Shown here piece by piece: positions 1-14,272 of a stretch of 64,000 nucleotides of DNA (position 1 is the stretch's first letter; every line of letters begins with the position of its first letter). The stretch is taken from NCBI RefSeq assembly GCF_006345805.1, contig NC_043006.1, positions 15,252,001-15,316,000 of the forward strand, written 5' to 3'. A program made the position numbers and the translations under genes. Below the pieces are notes generated by a model. That model saw only the letters and a program-made list of their open reading frames with translations, ran no database searches and had not been told where the DNA came from. Source of the stretch: Octopus sinensis (lineage: Eukaryota).

Positions 1-293
1 ATTGCATCGGTCACTGATGTCAAACCGCTTAGTTACAGGGACGTAAACACACCAGCATATGTTGTCAAGCGATGGGTAAATACAGGAACAAAGACACACA
101 CAGACACACAGACACACACAATAAATAATATATATTCAATGGACTTCTTTCAGTGTCCATCTACCAAATCCACTCGCAAGGCTTTGGTCGGCCCGCGGCT
201 ATAGTAGGAGACACTTGCTCAAGGTGTCACGCACTTGGACTGTACCTGGAACTAAGTAGTTGGGAAGCAATCTTCTTATCATACGCCCACGCC
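1..293 (-). mobile_element. tRNA-derived SINE, family A (runs off window start)
   Basis: Reverse complement gives head GGCGTGGGCGTATGATAAGAAGATTGCTTCCCAAC and body CCTTGAGCAAGTGTCTCCTACTATAGCCGCGGGCCGACCAAAGCCTTG; homologous to 15641-16047 and 8535-9480. Confidence 0.8.
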
Positions 294-482
294 TACCCAC
301 GACATTCTCGAAGAGCATTTTGAAAAGATTACTGAATATTTAGTTTGAATATTATCTAATTAATTAATCATTTCATAACCTTAAATAGGAAGTAATTAAA
401 AAAAATATTATCAATTTAGATAACTTAAACTTCTTAATTAACCATTTAGATTTGAGTATGTTTTGGTGGACACCTCCATTAA

Positions 483-697
483 CCCTTTCATTATCGTATT
501 TATTCTGAAATGCTCTGTGTTTCTTCCAATTACTTTAAATATAGCAAAGAATTTAGTAAAATGACTTAGTTATCATTCAGCTAGTGTTAGGAACATTAAT
601 TGTAACTAAGGTTTGGTGAAAAATTTTAATGCAAAACTTATGAAAACAAGACATTTATACTAAAGAGCCGGTTTCAGCCGGGTTGGTAATGAAAGGG
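483..697. mobile_element. piggyBac-type MITE
   Basis: TIRs CCCTTTCATTA / TAATGAAAGGG flanked by TTAA on both sides (479-482, 698-701). Confidence 0.85.
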
Positions 698-899
698 TTA
701 AAATACTTGTTTAATTATCTCCATGCGGTAACAGCCGTTGCTTAGTTGAAGGCTCAGGTCACGCTTTACATCACACACACATACGTATTCACATTGTTAT
801 ACTTGAGGACAGCCATAAAAGAGGACCATTCCCAAGTATAACATGTTTCAACACGTTTTCGCATCAAGAATCCAGCAAGAGAAATACATAAACGTATAC

Positions 900-1159
900 A
901 TACATTTATATATGCAGACACACATTATATATACATACATACATACATCATACGTACACACATACATACATACATACATACATACATACATACATACATA
1001 CATACATACATACATACATTCATACATACACACATACATACACACACACATACATACATAAATACATACATATATATATATATATAAACACTATATATAT
1101 TTACATATAAATTTATATTTATGTGTGTATGTTTTATGTATGTTTGTATGTATGTATGC

Positions 1160-1223
<64 letters not shown>

Positions 1224-1240
1224 CTCTATATATATGTATA
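900..1240. repeat. Compound microsatellite (TACA)n/(TA)n/(TATC)n
   Basis: Directly visible simple repeats. Confidence 0.95.
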
Positions 1241-2424
1241 AACAAGGACTATCTGCCAAGGATAGTCTGCATTTGATTCACTCTACATTGAGACTTGGAT
1301 ATAAAAAGTGCCACTGACACATAAGATATCATACTTATGTGTTTGGAGTATTCTATACATAAACGAGTTCAGAGGAAACTAACGGTTACAGTCGTAAAAC
1401 AATGGCTAGTACTTGGGTCCGTCAATACTAATTTTTCGTCTTTAGTAAAGAAGAACCTGAAAAATGTAATGTTAGACAGGCTGTCAGTTAAGATCGGTAG
1501 GGACTTGTACGAAGCGGGAGCAAACTTGAGTTTCAAATGTTTAGATACGAAATCAGATAGGAAATCTGCATTATTTGTATTAAGTCTTACTACCAAATAT
1601 TTAAACGTTCGAAGTGAAGACGCCGACGCCTGTTGTGGGAGATGGCTTAATGTATTTCAGTCTAGGACAAACGCGTGATCGATCTAGCACAAGTGCAGAT
1701 CAGAGTAAATTTTTAATGCCTACTTTGAGATATTTCTGTGGTTTCAAACTGTACCGCTTCAGTACAATATTACTTTGTGTTGCCTACATTTATTGAAATT
1801 TATCTAAGATCTGACATGCTAGTTCACAGTCAAAATGATTATATAAAGACTAGCTATTTTGACCCATGCTTCGCTCGGGTTTTGGTGGAGGTGTTGTTTT
1901 GTGTGTGTTGTCTCCTTTTCCCTTTCTTCTTACGTTCATCTTCTTTGCCTTTCCCATATTCCTCCCCATGGCAACCAAACAGTAGCCCCCAGCGATTTGC
2001 AACCCTCCTCACACCATTGCCCGCCCCATTTTACCCCCAGAATAAATTTTGGCGCCAATCCGACCCCATCTATTGCCCCTTAAACCGTTCCCATCCCAAA
2101 ATGAGACAAATAACCAAGAAATCAAACAACTTTTTCGCATTTCAGCTTTATAGATATGGATAATAAAACGAAGGGGTTTATTTGGGATTAATAAAAGTAA
2201 AGATAGTGATTTCAAATCACAACAGTAATTTCAAATTACTACTTTCATTTCTTTTTCGTTGATAAAATTAATACCAGTTATATACTTGTGTTGATTCAAT
2301 CGACAATAGCCTCTTCTGTACCGAAACGTTGGACTTGTGCCTAGACAACAATAGCAACAAAAACAAAAATATTAATAATATCTAATAAACAGTTGAAGCT
2401 GTAAATTTGACGCAACAGTTCGTA

Positions 2425-2451
2425 TACATACATACATACATACATACATGC

Positions 2452-2502
<51 letters not shown>

Positions 2503-2541
2503 ATATTATATATATATATTATATATATATATATATATATG

Positions 2542-2636
<95 letters not shown>

Positions 2637-3072
2637 CTATATATATATATATATATATATATAAATATAATATATATATGTATATAAATATATATATGTA
2701 TATAAATATATATATGTGTATGTATATATATATGTATATTATTATACATACGCATATACGGAGTGAAAAGAAAGATACGATATGAATTTAATCACTCATG
2801 TATTCGGCACAGAATAGAAGGGTCAGCGATCGCGAACAACTAATGAAGCCAGTCAAAATGTCGTTGGTGCCAAACACGATGCTGCCAGAAAAAATGGCTG
2901 CCAAGGCATAAACTTTTATATTACGAATCAATAAATTATTTAAAAGAATAATTCTTCTGAAATGCTTACCTGACATTATCAACCGCATTCTGATATCTAC
3001 CGGCCAGACAATGGACAGAGAGACAAATAGGCATAGCTGCAAACATTACATGTATATATATATATATATATC

Positions 3073-3133
<61 letters not shown>

Positions 3134-3300
3134 GTATATATATATATATATAATATATATATATATATAATATATATATATATGTGTGTGTGTGTGGTGT
3201 GTGTGTGTGTGTGTGTGTGTATATAGAAATATGTATATATATACATACATACATTTATTTATAGATAGATATGTCCTTACGTAGGAATATATATATATAC

Positions 3301-3334
<34 letters not shown>

Positions 3335-3529
3335 GTATATATATATTATATATATATATAATATATACGTAAGGACATTATCTATAAATGAATGTATGTA
3401 TGTATATGTGTACACACACATACACACATACACACATACATACATACATATATACATACATACATACATACATACATACTTACATACACACATACATACA
3501 CACATACATACACACATACACACATACAC

Positions 3530-3560
<31 letters not shown>

Positions 3561-3570
3561 TATATATATG
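2425..3570. repeat. Microsatellite field (TA)n, (TG)n, (TACA)n, interrupted by unique sequence at about 2760-3045
   Basis: Directly visible; source of the YIYI/VCVC/HTHT pseudo-ORFs. Confidence 0.9.
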
Positions 3571-4164
3571 AGATGAACAAGTTGATTTCCTGTGTATCAA
3601 TGTTCTGAGTACAAAGCACGACCCGATTCAGGTTTATTTTTATCTTTGAAACATTGATAACAACAATATCAATCATACAGCGTGAAGTAAAAGAAAGCTT
3701 TCCACATTATTTGCCTAGTGAAACAGGTACCGCCTGCCTAACGTCACTAGCTCCACGCCGATAGCTGTGTAAAATATTGGAGATTTTCTGCCCATATTTT
3801 GCACGGCTGTTTGTGTATTTCAATGCTGCATTCTGTATACCATTAGCGGCTAAATTCCTTCTTCTGTTAAGGGACTCTGGATCTAATCAAAAGCAAGAAA
3901 TGATATGATACTGTTGTTTGACCTTTACGAACATATTTCTGATGTAAGCCTCTACTGTGACCATTTTGTAGTTTTTACAGACTATATTATCCTGTATGTC
4001 CTTCCTTTGGTTTGAGCTAGATTTAGCTGCTGTTTCTAGCAGACGAAAAACCGTCATTGGTTCGTTGAATACCTGAATTTGTGGTCAGCTGCATTGTCTT
4101 TATACATTCTGACCTTTAATCTCACTAGATCAGTAAATATTTACATATTATATTAACAAAATAT

Positions 4165-4398
4165 AATATGTGACGGCTGTAATTTTGTCTCAAAAAAAAA
4201 ATTCTCAAAAAGATTTATGCGTTAAAAACACAGGACTTCGCTCAGAATGCCGGCAGATCGCCAGATACGTGTTTCAATCTCACTTGGTATCCTCAATGAT
4301 GAATACCCCGTACGTTCTGAGCTAAGCCAGTAAATTGGTTGTTCCCATAAAGAGAATTTTGAGAATTTTTTGATACAAAATTACAGCCGTTCCACATT
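4165..4398. mobile_element. Unclassified MITE-like element with about 40-bp imperfect TIRs
   Basis: ACGGCTGTAATTTTGTCTCAAAAAA..TTCTCAAAA at left is the inverse of TTTTGAGAATTTTTTGATACAAAATTACAGCCGT at right; no TSD recognised. Confidence 0.55.
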
Positions 4399-4662
4399 AG
4401 TACACGCACGTTATAAATGTTATATACACCAATATTTTAATCTAAAGCCGCTTCAATTAAGGTGTATTTATTAATTAAATCCTAGTGTGGCTAATCTTCA
4501 CACATTTTCATATCGATTTCTATATCAGAACATTTTTAGCTTGGATCAGAACGTCCCGATATTTGTCACTGAGGAGATCAAGTTAGGTAGAAACGCCGGG
4601 TCTGGCCGACATCGTTCTGAGCAAAGCTCTGTATTTTAACATCTATATCTCCTCAAAAGGTC

Positions 4663-4729
<67 letters not shown>

Positions 4730-4731
4730 CT

Positions 4732-4774
<43 letters not shown>

Positions 4775-6131
4775 CTCTCACTCCCCCCTCTCTCTCTGAA
4801 GCAAAATATCACAGTTTTGTGCCATTCCACGTTTGCATAAACACTTTATGTACACCGGTATATTAATCTAATGCTGTTTCAAGTGCGTATATTAATTCAA
4901 ACCGGACTTTGTTATTTATTGACCTAGAGTCATTAAGATAATTACTAGATATATAATTACCAGATATATATGTAAAATCGATTATTCTGCCGACTATTCT
5001 ACATACTAAAAAAAAAAATGTGACCTTTTGTCATTACAACCGATTAGGCTATATACTTTTATAATATGATATTGTCATGTCGATTTATAACTTATGATAA
5101 CTGGTAATCTAGTACAGCTTGCTACACGGTCGCATTGTCGGCCACTAAAATGACACCATCTCCAGGTAGGTGTGGTGAAGGGATTCAATGAAACTCAACA
5201 GGGCAAAAATAAAGTGTGTCAACAGGACGGATGAACCCGTTATAAGGTCATCAACCATGGAGCAATACTAATAGAATGCAGAGATAGTGACTGAGCGTAC
5301 GATAAAACCCCTTTAAGAGTGACTGATCTCTAGCTTTTATTCGAGCCTCTGATTTATAGATGGGTCGGTAGATATCATACATTAGTCGTGGTGGGAGTGA
5401 CTAATCTGTACTGATTTGCTGCTTAGTGAGTGAGTCCAGGAGTCATAGACCAGTGGAATACACGCTGAAAGAAAAACAAACTGTAATGGTCAACTTTAAA
5501 GTAGTTTCCGACTGAATAGATTTCCGGTAGCATCCTAATGTTAGGAAATGGTACTCAGTGTTCTAGGATCATCCTTTCCAATGGATTTATCTCCTTCACA
5601 GTAAAAGTAGTGATGCAGAAAAAAGCCTACTCCAAACAACTCTATAAAGTTTTATTTCGCGGGCAACCGCATTTACAATATGGCTCATACACGCTCAATT
5701 TCTACCGTAGTAACTGAATTTGTAACGTTCGGGGTATCACACATGCACCAACACGTTCGTAGTTTACTCATTCGCGAGGGTAGACAATAACTATACTGGT
5801 AGTAGTAGTTCGGGCACTTTCTTCGTCCGCCGGTGAGGGGCTATCGCATTTTAAGGAGTATAGTCACCAAAATAACCAACCATAGGATCCACAATTGATG
5901 AAAATTACGAAATTCGATGGACAACACTAAGCAAATAAACAACATCGATAAACCAGTAAACATGGTTTCCGTGAAAACGAAATACATAACTCCGTTTCAA
6001 TTTTCATTTCCCGTTCGCTGAATATTTTTTAGAAAACTACAGAAATGTCGCAATTATCAATTCATCCCACTTGTTTATAAATCTGGAGCCAAGTGTCTAT
6101 GTAAGTAATTATCATTAATAATAATGATGGT

Positions 6132-6211
<80 letters not shown>

Positions 6212-6372
6212 TAATAATAATAATAATGATAATAACGATAATATTTACTTTTCTCGATGACATTCCGTTCTGTGACGTCTTACCCCTCCTGATTCTACGT
6301 TCCCACTCCGCATCTGTTCCTCTTGATCTTCTCCACGCTCTCCTCTAATTACTTAACTTTATCTGTTTTCAG

Positions 6373-6390
6373 ATACGTAAGGGTCCATTG
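6373..6390 (+). CDS. Candidate 18-nt microexon of an unidentified + strand gene
   Basis: Long pyrimidine tract, CTTAAC branch-like motif and TTTTCAG acceptor, then ATACGTAAGGGTCCATTG, then consensus donor GTAAGT; length is a multiple of 3 (IRKGPL in phase 0). Confidence 0.4.
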
Positions 6391-6631
6391 GTAAGTGATT
6401 GCCGGTTATATGATACATAAAAAGCGTTTGTATAGTTTCTCCAGCAATGTTGTTAAGTAAATATCGCTCTAGAGTGCAATTATCTTTGTAAACAATGACC
6501 TATGGCACGCATGTTTCTTGTAAATGTGAGACTGGGATTTAATTGACGAAGCCTCACGACATTTATTGCCAGTAAATATAATAACGAGTGTTGATTAGCA
6601 CAGATGAAATTAGTTCAGTGACTTCTGAATT

Positions 6632-6694
<63 letters not shown>

Positions 6695-7053
6695 GTGCGG
6701 TGGTGATAGTGGTGGTTGTGAAACAAAAATTCTTTAACACACACTCACACATACGCTTATGCAAGCGCAGACACAGAAATACAAATGCATGATGCTTACA
6801 AGAACAACCCCCCCACACACACCCATCCATCCATCCATCCGTCTGTCTGTCTGTCTGTCTGTTTCTCTTTCTTTCTTTCTCTCTCTCTCTCTATCTCTCT
6901 CTCTCCATCTATCTATCTATCTGTGCCATGTCACGGATCTGTAACTCGTAGATAGAGTTATAGAGGCGCTGTTGCAGTGTATGTTTTGGACATTTTGAGA
7001 CCTGACGTAACCCGTCCCTCCCTAGGTCTGACTACTCTCAATTTCTTCTAGAT

Positions 7054-7566
7054 CAGTGGCTCTCAACCACATTTTGCCTATGGACTTCCTTGATTCCTAT
7101 TTTACTCTACTGGACCCCCACCTGGAAAGTCGATGTTTTAAAAATCCTATTATATTTCTTATATATTATTAAAAAATAATAAAAATAAATGCGCCCTTTT
7201 CTTAAAGCCTAGCCAGGCTTATGGGCCCAGTTTCCCGGTTTCTATGGCGTATGTGCTCCCCAGCTGGACGGGACGTCAGTCCATCGCAGTGTTACTCACT
7301 TTTGTCAGCTGAGTGGACTGGAGCAACGTGAAATGAAGTGTTTTGCTCAAGAACACAACGCGTCGCCCGGTCCAGGAATCAAAACCACAATCCTACGATC
7401 ATGATGCTGACACCCTAACCACTAAGCTACGCGCCTCCACATATATTATTAGGAAATGTATAAAAATTTTAAAAATATTTTGTGTATCGTAAAAGTATAT
7501 AATCGATTTAAGGGACATAACTTTTTACAGTAAAACCCTCATATGAACCTCGGTTGAGAACGACTG
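7054..7566. mobile_element. hAT (Charlie-like) MITE carrying a nested SINE
   Basis: TIRs CAGTGGCTCTCAACC / GGTTGAGAACGACTG and a perfect 8-bp TSD TTCTAGAT (7046-7053, 7567-7574). Confidence 0.9.
7172..7440 (-). mobile_element. tRNA-derived SINE, family D, nested in the hAT MITE
   Basis: Head GTGGAGGCGCGTAGCTTAGTGGTTAGGG with box B-like motif; 11-bp TSD ATATATTATTA (7161-7171, 7441-7451); homologous to 33042-33260. Confidence 0.85.
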
Positions 7567-8534
7567 TTCTAGATGAAAAGAAAGAGATACGAAAAAAAAA
7601 AAACGGTAAGATTTAAAGAAAGAGAAGAATCGACTCCAGCACTTCACTGGTGCTTAATTTTATCGACTTCTAAAAGATAAAGCTGACTGCGATGCTATTT
7701 CAACTGAGAGTGCAGGGTCCCAGATTGATTATCCCAAATCATTCTATCTGAGGCTACAACAACTCTGCTATTTGGCCGACTTAAAGTATATATTTTAACT
7801 TCGGTAGTATTTGAACACCGAATGGAAGAACTTGGAAAAAATACTGCAACACATTTTTCTGACTCTCTAAGAGGTCTGCTGTTTAGCCATTTTATATGTT
7901 CATTTACTGTTTCAACCATTAGACTAGAACCATAACGGAGCACTACTTTCAAGTGCCTTAGTTGAACAGCTCGACCCCAAAACAACAGATTTGTTTAAAA
8001 TCTAGTCTGATACTTACTCTGCCATGCTCTATTGCTAAACCGTCAAATTACACAGAAATAACAACAATAACAAACAAAAACCTACACCTGTCCCGGGGTC
8101 GATTAGTTCAACTAAAGGCGGTGCTCCAGCATGGCCGCAGTCAAATGACTGAAACAAAGAAAAGAATTTGAAGAGATACGTATGAAGCACCTGTCAAAAC
8201 CCGAACAGAAAAAAAAGAAAGGCCAATTTTTTCTACTTTAAACGTTATGTCTTTATTGAGATAAAGAAAATGATGTGGTAATGTTGTGAATCTGTCAACA
8301 GGTTACTTGTCCCATATGCGTGTGACGTATTTGTCACTTCACCGCTTGACAACCGGTGCTGGTTTGTTTATACGACCGTAACTTAGCGGTTCCGTTAAAA
8401 CATCGACACGATGAGAACTAGACTTAAAAACGTAAGCCCCGGTGTCGAATTGTTTGACTAAATGCATCAAGACGATGCCCCAGCATGGAGGCAGTCCAAT
8501 GATTGAAACAAGTAAAACAACAAAAAAATATGCA

Positions 8535-8698
8535 TAGCCGCAAGCGTTGCTGTGTGGTAAGAAGCTTGCTTCCCAACCACATGGTCCTGGATTCAATCCC
8601 ACAGCATGACATCTTGGGCAAGTGTCTTCTGCTATAGCCTCATCCGACCAAAGTTTTGTCAATGGATTTGGTGGATGGAAAGCGAAAGACGCCCGTTG

Positions 8699-8746
<48 letters not shown>

Positions 8747-8807
8747 GTATAATTATATATGTATATATATATATGTATATATATATATGTATTATATATA
8801 TATAATG

Positions 8808-8877
<70 letters not shown>

Positions 8878-8910
8878 TTATATATACTATATATATATAA
8901 TATGTATATA

Positions 8911-9001
<91 letters not shown>

Positions 9002-9480
9002 TTACTACCTACAAGGGGCTAACACAGAGGGGATAAACAAGGACAGACAAACGGATTAAGTCGATCACATCGACCCCAGTGCGTAACTGGTACTTAATTT
9101 ATCGACCCCGAAAGGATGAAAGGCAAAGTCGACCTCGGCGGAATTTGAACTCAGAACGCAGCGGCGGACGAAATACCGCAAAGTATTTCGCCCGGCGTGC
9201 TAACGTTTCTGCCAGCTCGGTGCGTGAGTATGTGTGTGTGTGTGTGTCTATGTATGTGTGTCTGTGCTTGTCTCCTCACTCCACCGCTTGACAACTTGTG
9301 TTGGTGTGTTTATATCCCCGTAATCTAGTGGTTCGACAAAAATGATTGACAAAATTAGTACCAGGCTTAATAAGGTGCTGGGGTCAATACATTCGACAAT
9401 AAATTCTTCAAGGCAGTGCCCCAGCATGACCCCAGTCTAATGATTGAAACAAGTAAAAACTAAAAAAAAGATAAAAAGAT
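8535..9480 (+). mobile_element. SINE family A split by an internal (TA)n expansion and a nested SINE B
   Basis: 5' half (GTGTGGTAAGAAGCTTGCTTCCCAACCAC..GAAAGACGCCCGTTG) at 8535-8698; 3' half (CCACCGCTTGACAAC..GCCCCAGCATG..TGAAACAAGT) at 9220-9480. Confidence 0.75.
8998..9219 (-). mobile_element. SINE family B monomer (long tail)
   Basis: RC head CGAGCTGGCAGAAACGTTAGCACGCCGGGCGAAAT, box B GTTCAAATTCC, core GGTCGACTTTGCCTTTCATCCTTTCGGGGTCGAT. Confidence 0.85.
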
Positions 9481-9500
9481 ATCTATCTATCTATCTATCG

Positions 9501-9606
<106 letters not shown>

Positions 9607-10574
9607 ACATAGAAAGCTATAGATATACATATAGAAATAAGTGGTTAGTAAAGTTAGTGTTACTCTCTGTTTTCAATTGAGGGCATCGGAAAACTAAATT
9701 AGAAAATTTGATAAATATTCCTATGATTAAAATGGTGTTACTCATTAATGAACACTGCATGCAATACAGGAACTAGTATTTTATGCAAATGACGTCCCCA
9801 AGGTACCTCCATCATCACCTGAGGTGTGTATTTTCACTCTGTATAGTGTTAAGTGTATATTGTTAGCTGCACGATAGTAACTGCTAATACATAGCAGTAG
9901 AAGTGTGTATATTTATATTATTTTACAATGAAACGAATATAACATTCTTTCTATCAACTGAGGGTGTTTACAATTTTTTTTTGTGTATACATTGAATGTT
10001 GTAGTATTGGCGGTAGTTGTAATAGTTGTGGTGGTGTATGACAATATGTCAGGCGTTTTTAAGATTGAATAAAGAAAATTATAAGCGTATCTATTAATAT
10101 GTACTATATCATCGTTAATTTTTTCCAATTAATGTCGATTTGATTTCTCATGTCTGATAGCTCAATGTATTTAACAATACTGAAGTAATTGAGTCATGTT
10201 GCGAAGAAATAAAATGATTTGGAAATCTTTCAAGGCATATATAAAAATAAAACGTTAAGGTTTTCAGACCACCAATAAAAATTTACTCTCTTCTTTCACG
10301 CATTCTTCTTTTTTCTTGTTTTTGTTTTCTCTTTTATTGGTCAGCGCATCTGTTTCTTTTCACCACCACGCCTCTCTTTCAACATTCAGTATTCCAATCT
10401 TTCTCTCCTCTGTCTGCCTGTCTCTCTGTCTCTGTCTTTCTGTCTAATCGATCTCTGCCTTTCACATTTCGTCTCTCTCGCTATCAGTTACAGATGAGTA
10501 ATTTTCATTTAATTGTTGAACGAAATATCGTCCAAATGAAACATGGATTTATCATCCATAAAACACACACACAT

Positions 10575-10853
10575 CATACATACATACATACATACATACA
10601 TACATACATACATACATACATACATACATACATACATAAATACATACATACAATACATACATACATACATACATACATACATACAATTCATACATACATG
10701 CATACATACATACATACATACATACATACAATACATACATACATACATACACACATACACACACACATACATACATACATACACACACACATACATACAT
10801 ACATACATATAATACATAAATACATACATACATACATACATATCATACATGCA

Positions 10854-10885
<32 letters not shown>

Positions 10886-11330
10886 ATACATACATACATA
10901 CATACATACAATACAATTCATAACATACATACATACATACATACATATATACATACATACATACATACAATACATACATACATACAATACATACATACAT
11001 ACATACATACATACAATTCATACATACATGCATACATACATACATACATACATACATACATACACACATACATACATACATACATACATACATACATACA
11101 TACACACATACACACATACATACATACATACATACATACATACAATACATACATACATACATACATACATACAATACATACATACATACATACAATTCAT
11201 ACATACGTACATACATACATAAATACATACATACATACATACAATACATACATACATACATACATACATACATACATACATACATACATACATAAACACA
11301 CCACACACACACACACACACACACACATTG
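10575..11330. repeat. Long degenerate (TACA)n tract ending in (CA)n
   Basis: About 750 bp of TACA units with recurring TACAA/ATTCA variants. Confidence 0.95.
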
Positions 11331-11661
11331 CGGTGTAATAAATTATTTTAAATAGTTTTGTTACAGTTAGATGACATATCTCGGTAAACACATTTTCGTC
11401 GTAATAAAATAAAAAAAGCAAAAAGCACAAAAGAAGCAAAAAACCCAGCTCAAAATCCTCCCAATCTTTGCAAGTATTTCTCGAATCTTAATGACAGTCG
11501 CTGTGTAGTTTAGCAATGCAACAACTGTAGACTTATAAGAAGAGCAAGTAAAGCACTTTCATTGTAATATTATGACATTCCAATATAAGTGAGACGCATT
11601 TTACAATAGAGAATATTGAAACGTTTCTACCTTTCATCTTTTGTGTCGTTCTTAACATATA

Positions 11662-12142
11662 TCTATATATATAAAACTGTAGTTGTGTGAGTGTCTGTCC
11701 CCTTCGATTTAGATTCCTAACTCCTCCCACATTTTGCGGTGCAGTTTAACCAAATTCGGGTATCTTATAGTCGTGATTCATATCGAGCCCGTCTGACTAT
11801 TAGCGCGCGTCAACGATGAGTCTACGATTTTAAAAATAATTTAACATCATTTTTTATTCCATTTTAATGCATAAAATGCATCGTGTGTCGATGGCGGCGG
11901 AGTTGGCGTCCACGCTCACAGCTGCACCTCGTGAAGCTGTGGGGAAGGGAGTGTAAAGAAATCAACGTCGTAATGCGTTGTGAAGGAAACCAGCGTTCTT
12001 TTAGAACAACGACTTCATGGCTTGAAGACACCAAAACAAAAATGGCTAAGAAAGCCCGAATTTATAAGGGAAGTAACTCTCTAAAAATGCTTATATAGTT
12101 ATTTCCCTTACAAACCCGAGCAACGCCGGGCGATACTGCTAG
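11662..12142 (+). mobile_element. Non-autonomous Helitron
   Basis: Inserted between A and T; 5' TC(TATATATATAAAA); 3' hairpin CCCGAGCAACGCCGGG then CGATACTG and CTAG. Confidence 0.8.
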
Positions 12143-12539
12143 TAGAATATATAATCCAGACTATGAAATCAATTAAATGGTAACTGCCATTAATTCTACA
12201 ACGACCAGAATTTCTATAATCTAAATAATAATCCATTTATATAAATTGAACTGATTCATAAAAGGCTACACAACACACCCACATTACGGGGAGGTGTTGA
12301 AAAGTTCCTGGCTTTGAGTCAAAGAAAATACAGGAAGATCAGAGTCTCTTTGTTCTCTAAGCATTCTCAAACGGCTCCAGAAAATTAAATGAAATGTTAC
12401 AAGGTAATTTTATTAGACTCCGCGAGTGTCAACATGTTATTTTTATTTTCAATTCTAGTAAAACAATAGAACATTTTCTCTAAAATAATCTTTCTATAGT
12501 CAACTATAGTAAAGAACATTTCATACCATGACGTCAGCT

Positions 12540-13460
12540 TAACTAGCAAGTGTCGTTGCTTGTGTAACGGTTTACATGCCCAGGAGAGCTATCAGGTGGA
12601 AGCACTCCGTCGGTTACGACGACGAGGGTTCCGGTTGATCCGATCAACGGAACAGCCTGCTCGTGAAATTAACGTGTAAGTGGCTGAGCACTCCACAGAC
12701 ACGTGTACCCTTAACGTAGTTCTCGGGGATATTCAGCGTGACACAGAGAGTGACAAGGCCGGCCCCTTGAAATACAGGTACAACAGAAACAGGAAGTAAG
12801 AGTGAGAAAAAGTTGTAGTGAAAGAGTACAGCAGGGATCACCACCATCCCCTGCCGGAGCCTCGTGGAGCTTTAGGTGTTTTCGCTCAATAAACACTCAC
12901 AACGCCCGGTCTGGGAATCGAAACCGCGATCCTATAACCGCGAGTCTGCTGCCCTAACCACTGGGCCATTGCGCCTCCACCAAGAGCTATCATAAAGAGC
13001 GGTGACTTGAAGACAGTTTTCCGAGGCACTCCACAAACTGTTACTATCACCTTGGAGAGAACCCTGTTAGCTGATACAGTCTGGATTCTGTCTTGTAACT
13101 ACTCTCCCAGTTTTCGACTATGCCGAGTCCCGTGACTAGTGGCAAATCATCCCGTGATCAACCTTATCAAAGGCCATTGCAAAATCGATATATATCACAT
13201 CCACGTCTGAGCGATTGTTCTTTCAACACCCAGACATAATGCCGCAGAAGCTGTGAAAGACAGCGTTTTCCCAATCGGAAACCTTGCTGGGTGTTCAGGA
13301 AAAAGTCATTAATTCTGATACGAACGGGCCAAAGAGACGCGAATCTCTTTTCACATTCCATGTTTTCGTTTCCTTTCATCTCGTCATTACTCGTTGTTTA
13401 AAAGAAAGCCGGGCATGCATCTTTGAGTTTAAAATATTGCTTGGAAACGCATGGCACGCG
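12540..13460 (-). mobile_element. Decayed CR1/Jockey-group LINE RT fragment, interrupted by a SINE
   Basis: Minus translation QQGFRLGKRCLSQLLRHYVWVLK..DVDVIYIDFAMAFDKVDHG (RT motifs QHGFR and YxDFxKAFDxV); boundaries approximate. Confidence 0.7.
12595..12982 (-). mobile_element. tRNA-derived SINE family C, full length
   Basis: Head GTGGAGGCGCAATGGCCCAGTGGTTAGGGCAGC..GGTTTCGATTCCCAG; 10-bp TSD AGAGCTATCA (12585-12594, 12983-12992). Confidence 0.9.
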
Positions 13461-13479
13461 ATATAATCTTTTCTACTCA

Positions 13480-14112
13480 AGGCACAAGGCCCAAAATTTT
13501 AGAGGAGGGGCCAGTCGATTAGAGCAACTGATACTTAATTTATCGACCCCGAAAGGCAATGTCGACCTTGGTGGAATTTGAACTCAGAAAGTAGCGACGA
13601 AATACCTATTTCTTTACTGCCCACAAGGGGCTACACACAGAGAGGACAAGCAAGGACAGACAAACGAATTAAGTCGACTACATCGACTCCAGTGCGTAAC
13701 TGGTACTTAATTTATCGACCCCTAAAGGATGAAAGGCAAAGTCGACCTCGGCGGAATTTGAACTCAGAACGTAGCGGCAGACGGAATACCTATTTTTTTA
13801 CTACCCACAAGGGGCTAAACCCAGGGGGGACAAACAAGGACAGACAAAGGTGTCAAGTCGATTACATCGACCGCAGTATGTAACTGGTACTTAATTTATC
13901 GATCCCGAAAAGATGAAGGGCAAAGCCGGCCTCGGCGGAATTTGAATTCGATTACACCGACCCCAGTGCGTAACTGGTACTTAATTTATCGACCCCGAAA
14001 GGATGAAAGGCAAAGACGACCTCGGCGGAATTCGAACTCAGAACGTAACGGCAGACGAAATACGACTACGCATTTCGCCCGGCGTGGTAACGTTTCTGCC
14101 AGCACGCCGCTT
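13480..14112 (-). mobile_element. SINE family B head-to-tail array
   Basis: Junction motif CCTATTT at 13605 and 13789 (184-bp period); single head at the right end; last units partly rearranged. Confidence 0.8.
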
Positions 14113-14229
14113 TAAAACCAGTATATATTAAACGATATTTATCTCTCACTGGATGGAACACTTTTCGGTAAATTATGTTTGTATACTCACACAGACAGAC
14201 AGACAGACAGACAGACACACACACACACA

Positions 14230-14272
<43 letters not shown>

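Noticed and set aside
1337-1678. 113-aa + ORF and overlapping 75-aa - ORF in unique sequence
   Set aside because: No recognisable motif or splice context; cannot be supported without a homology search.
1960-1980. RFX X-box-like CCATGGCAAC
   Set aside because: Only one good half-site and no promoter evidence.
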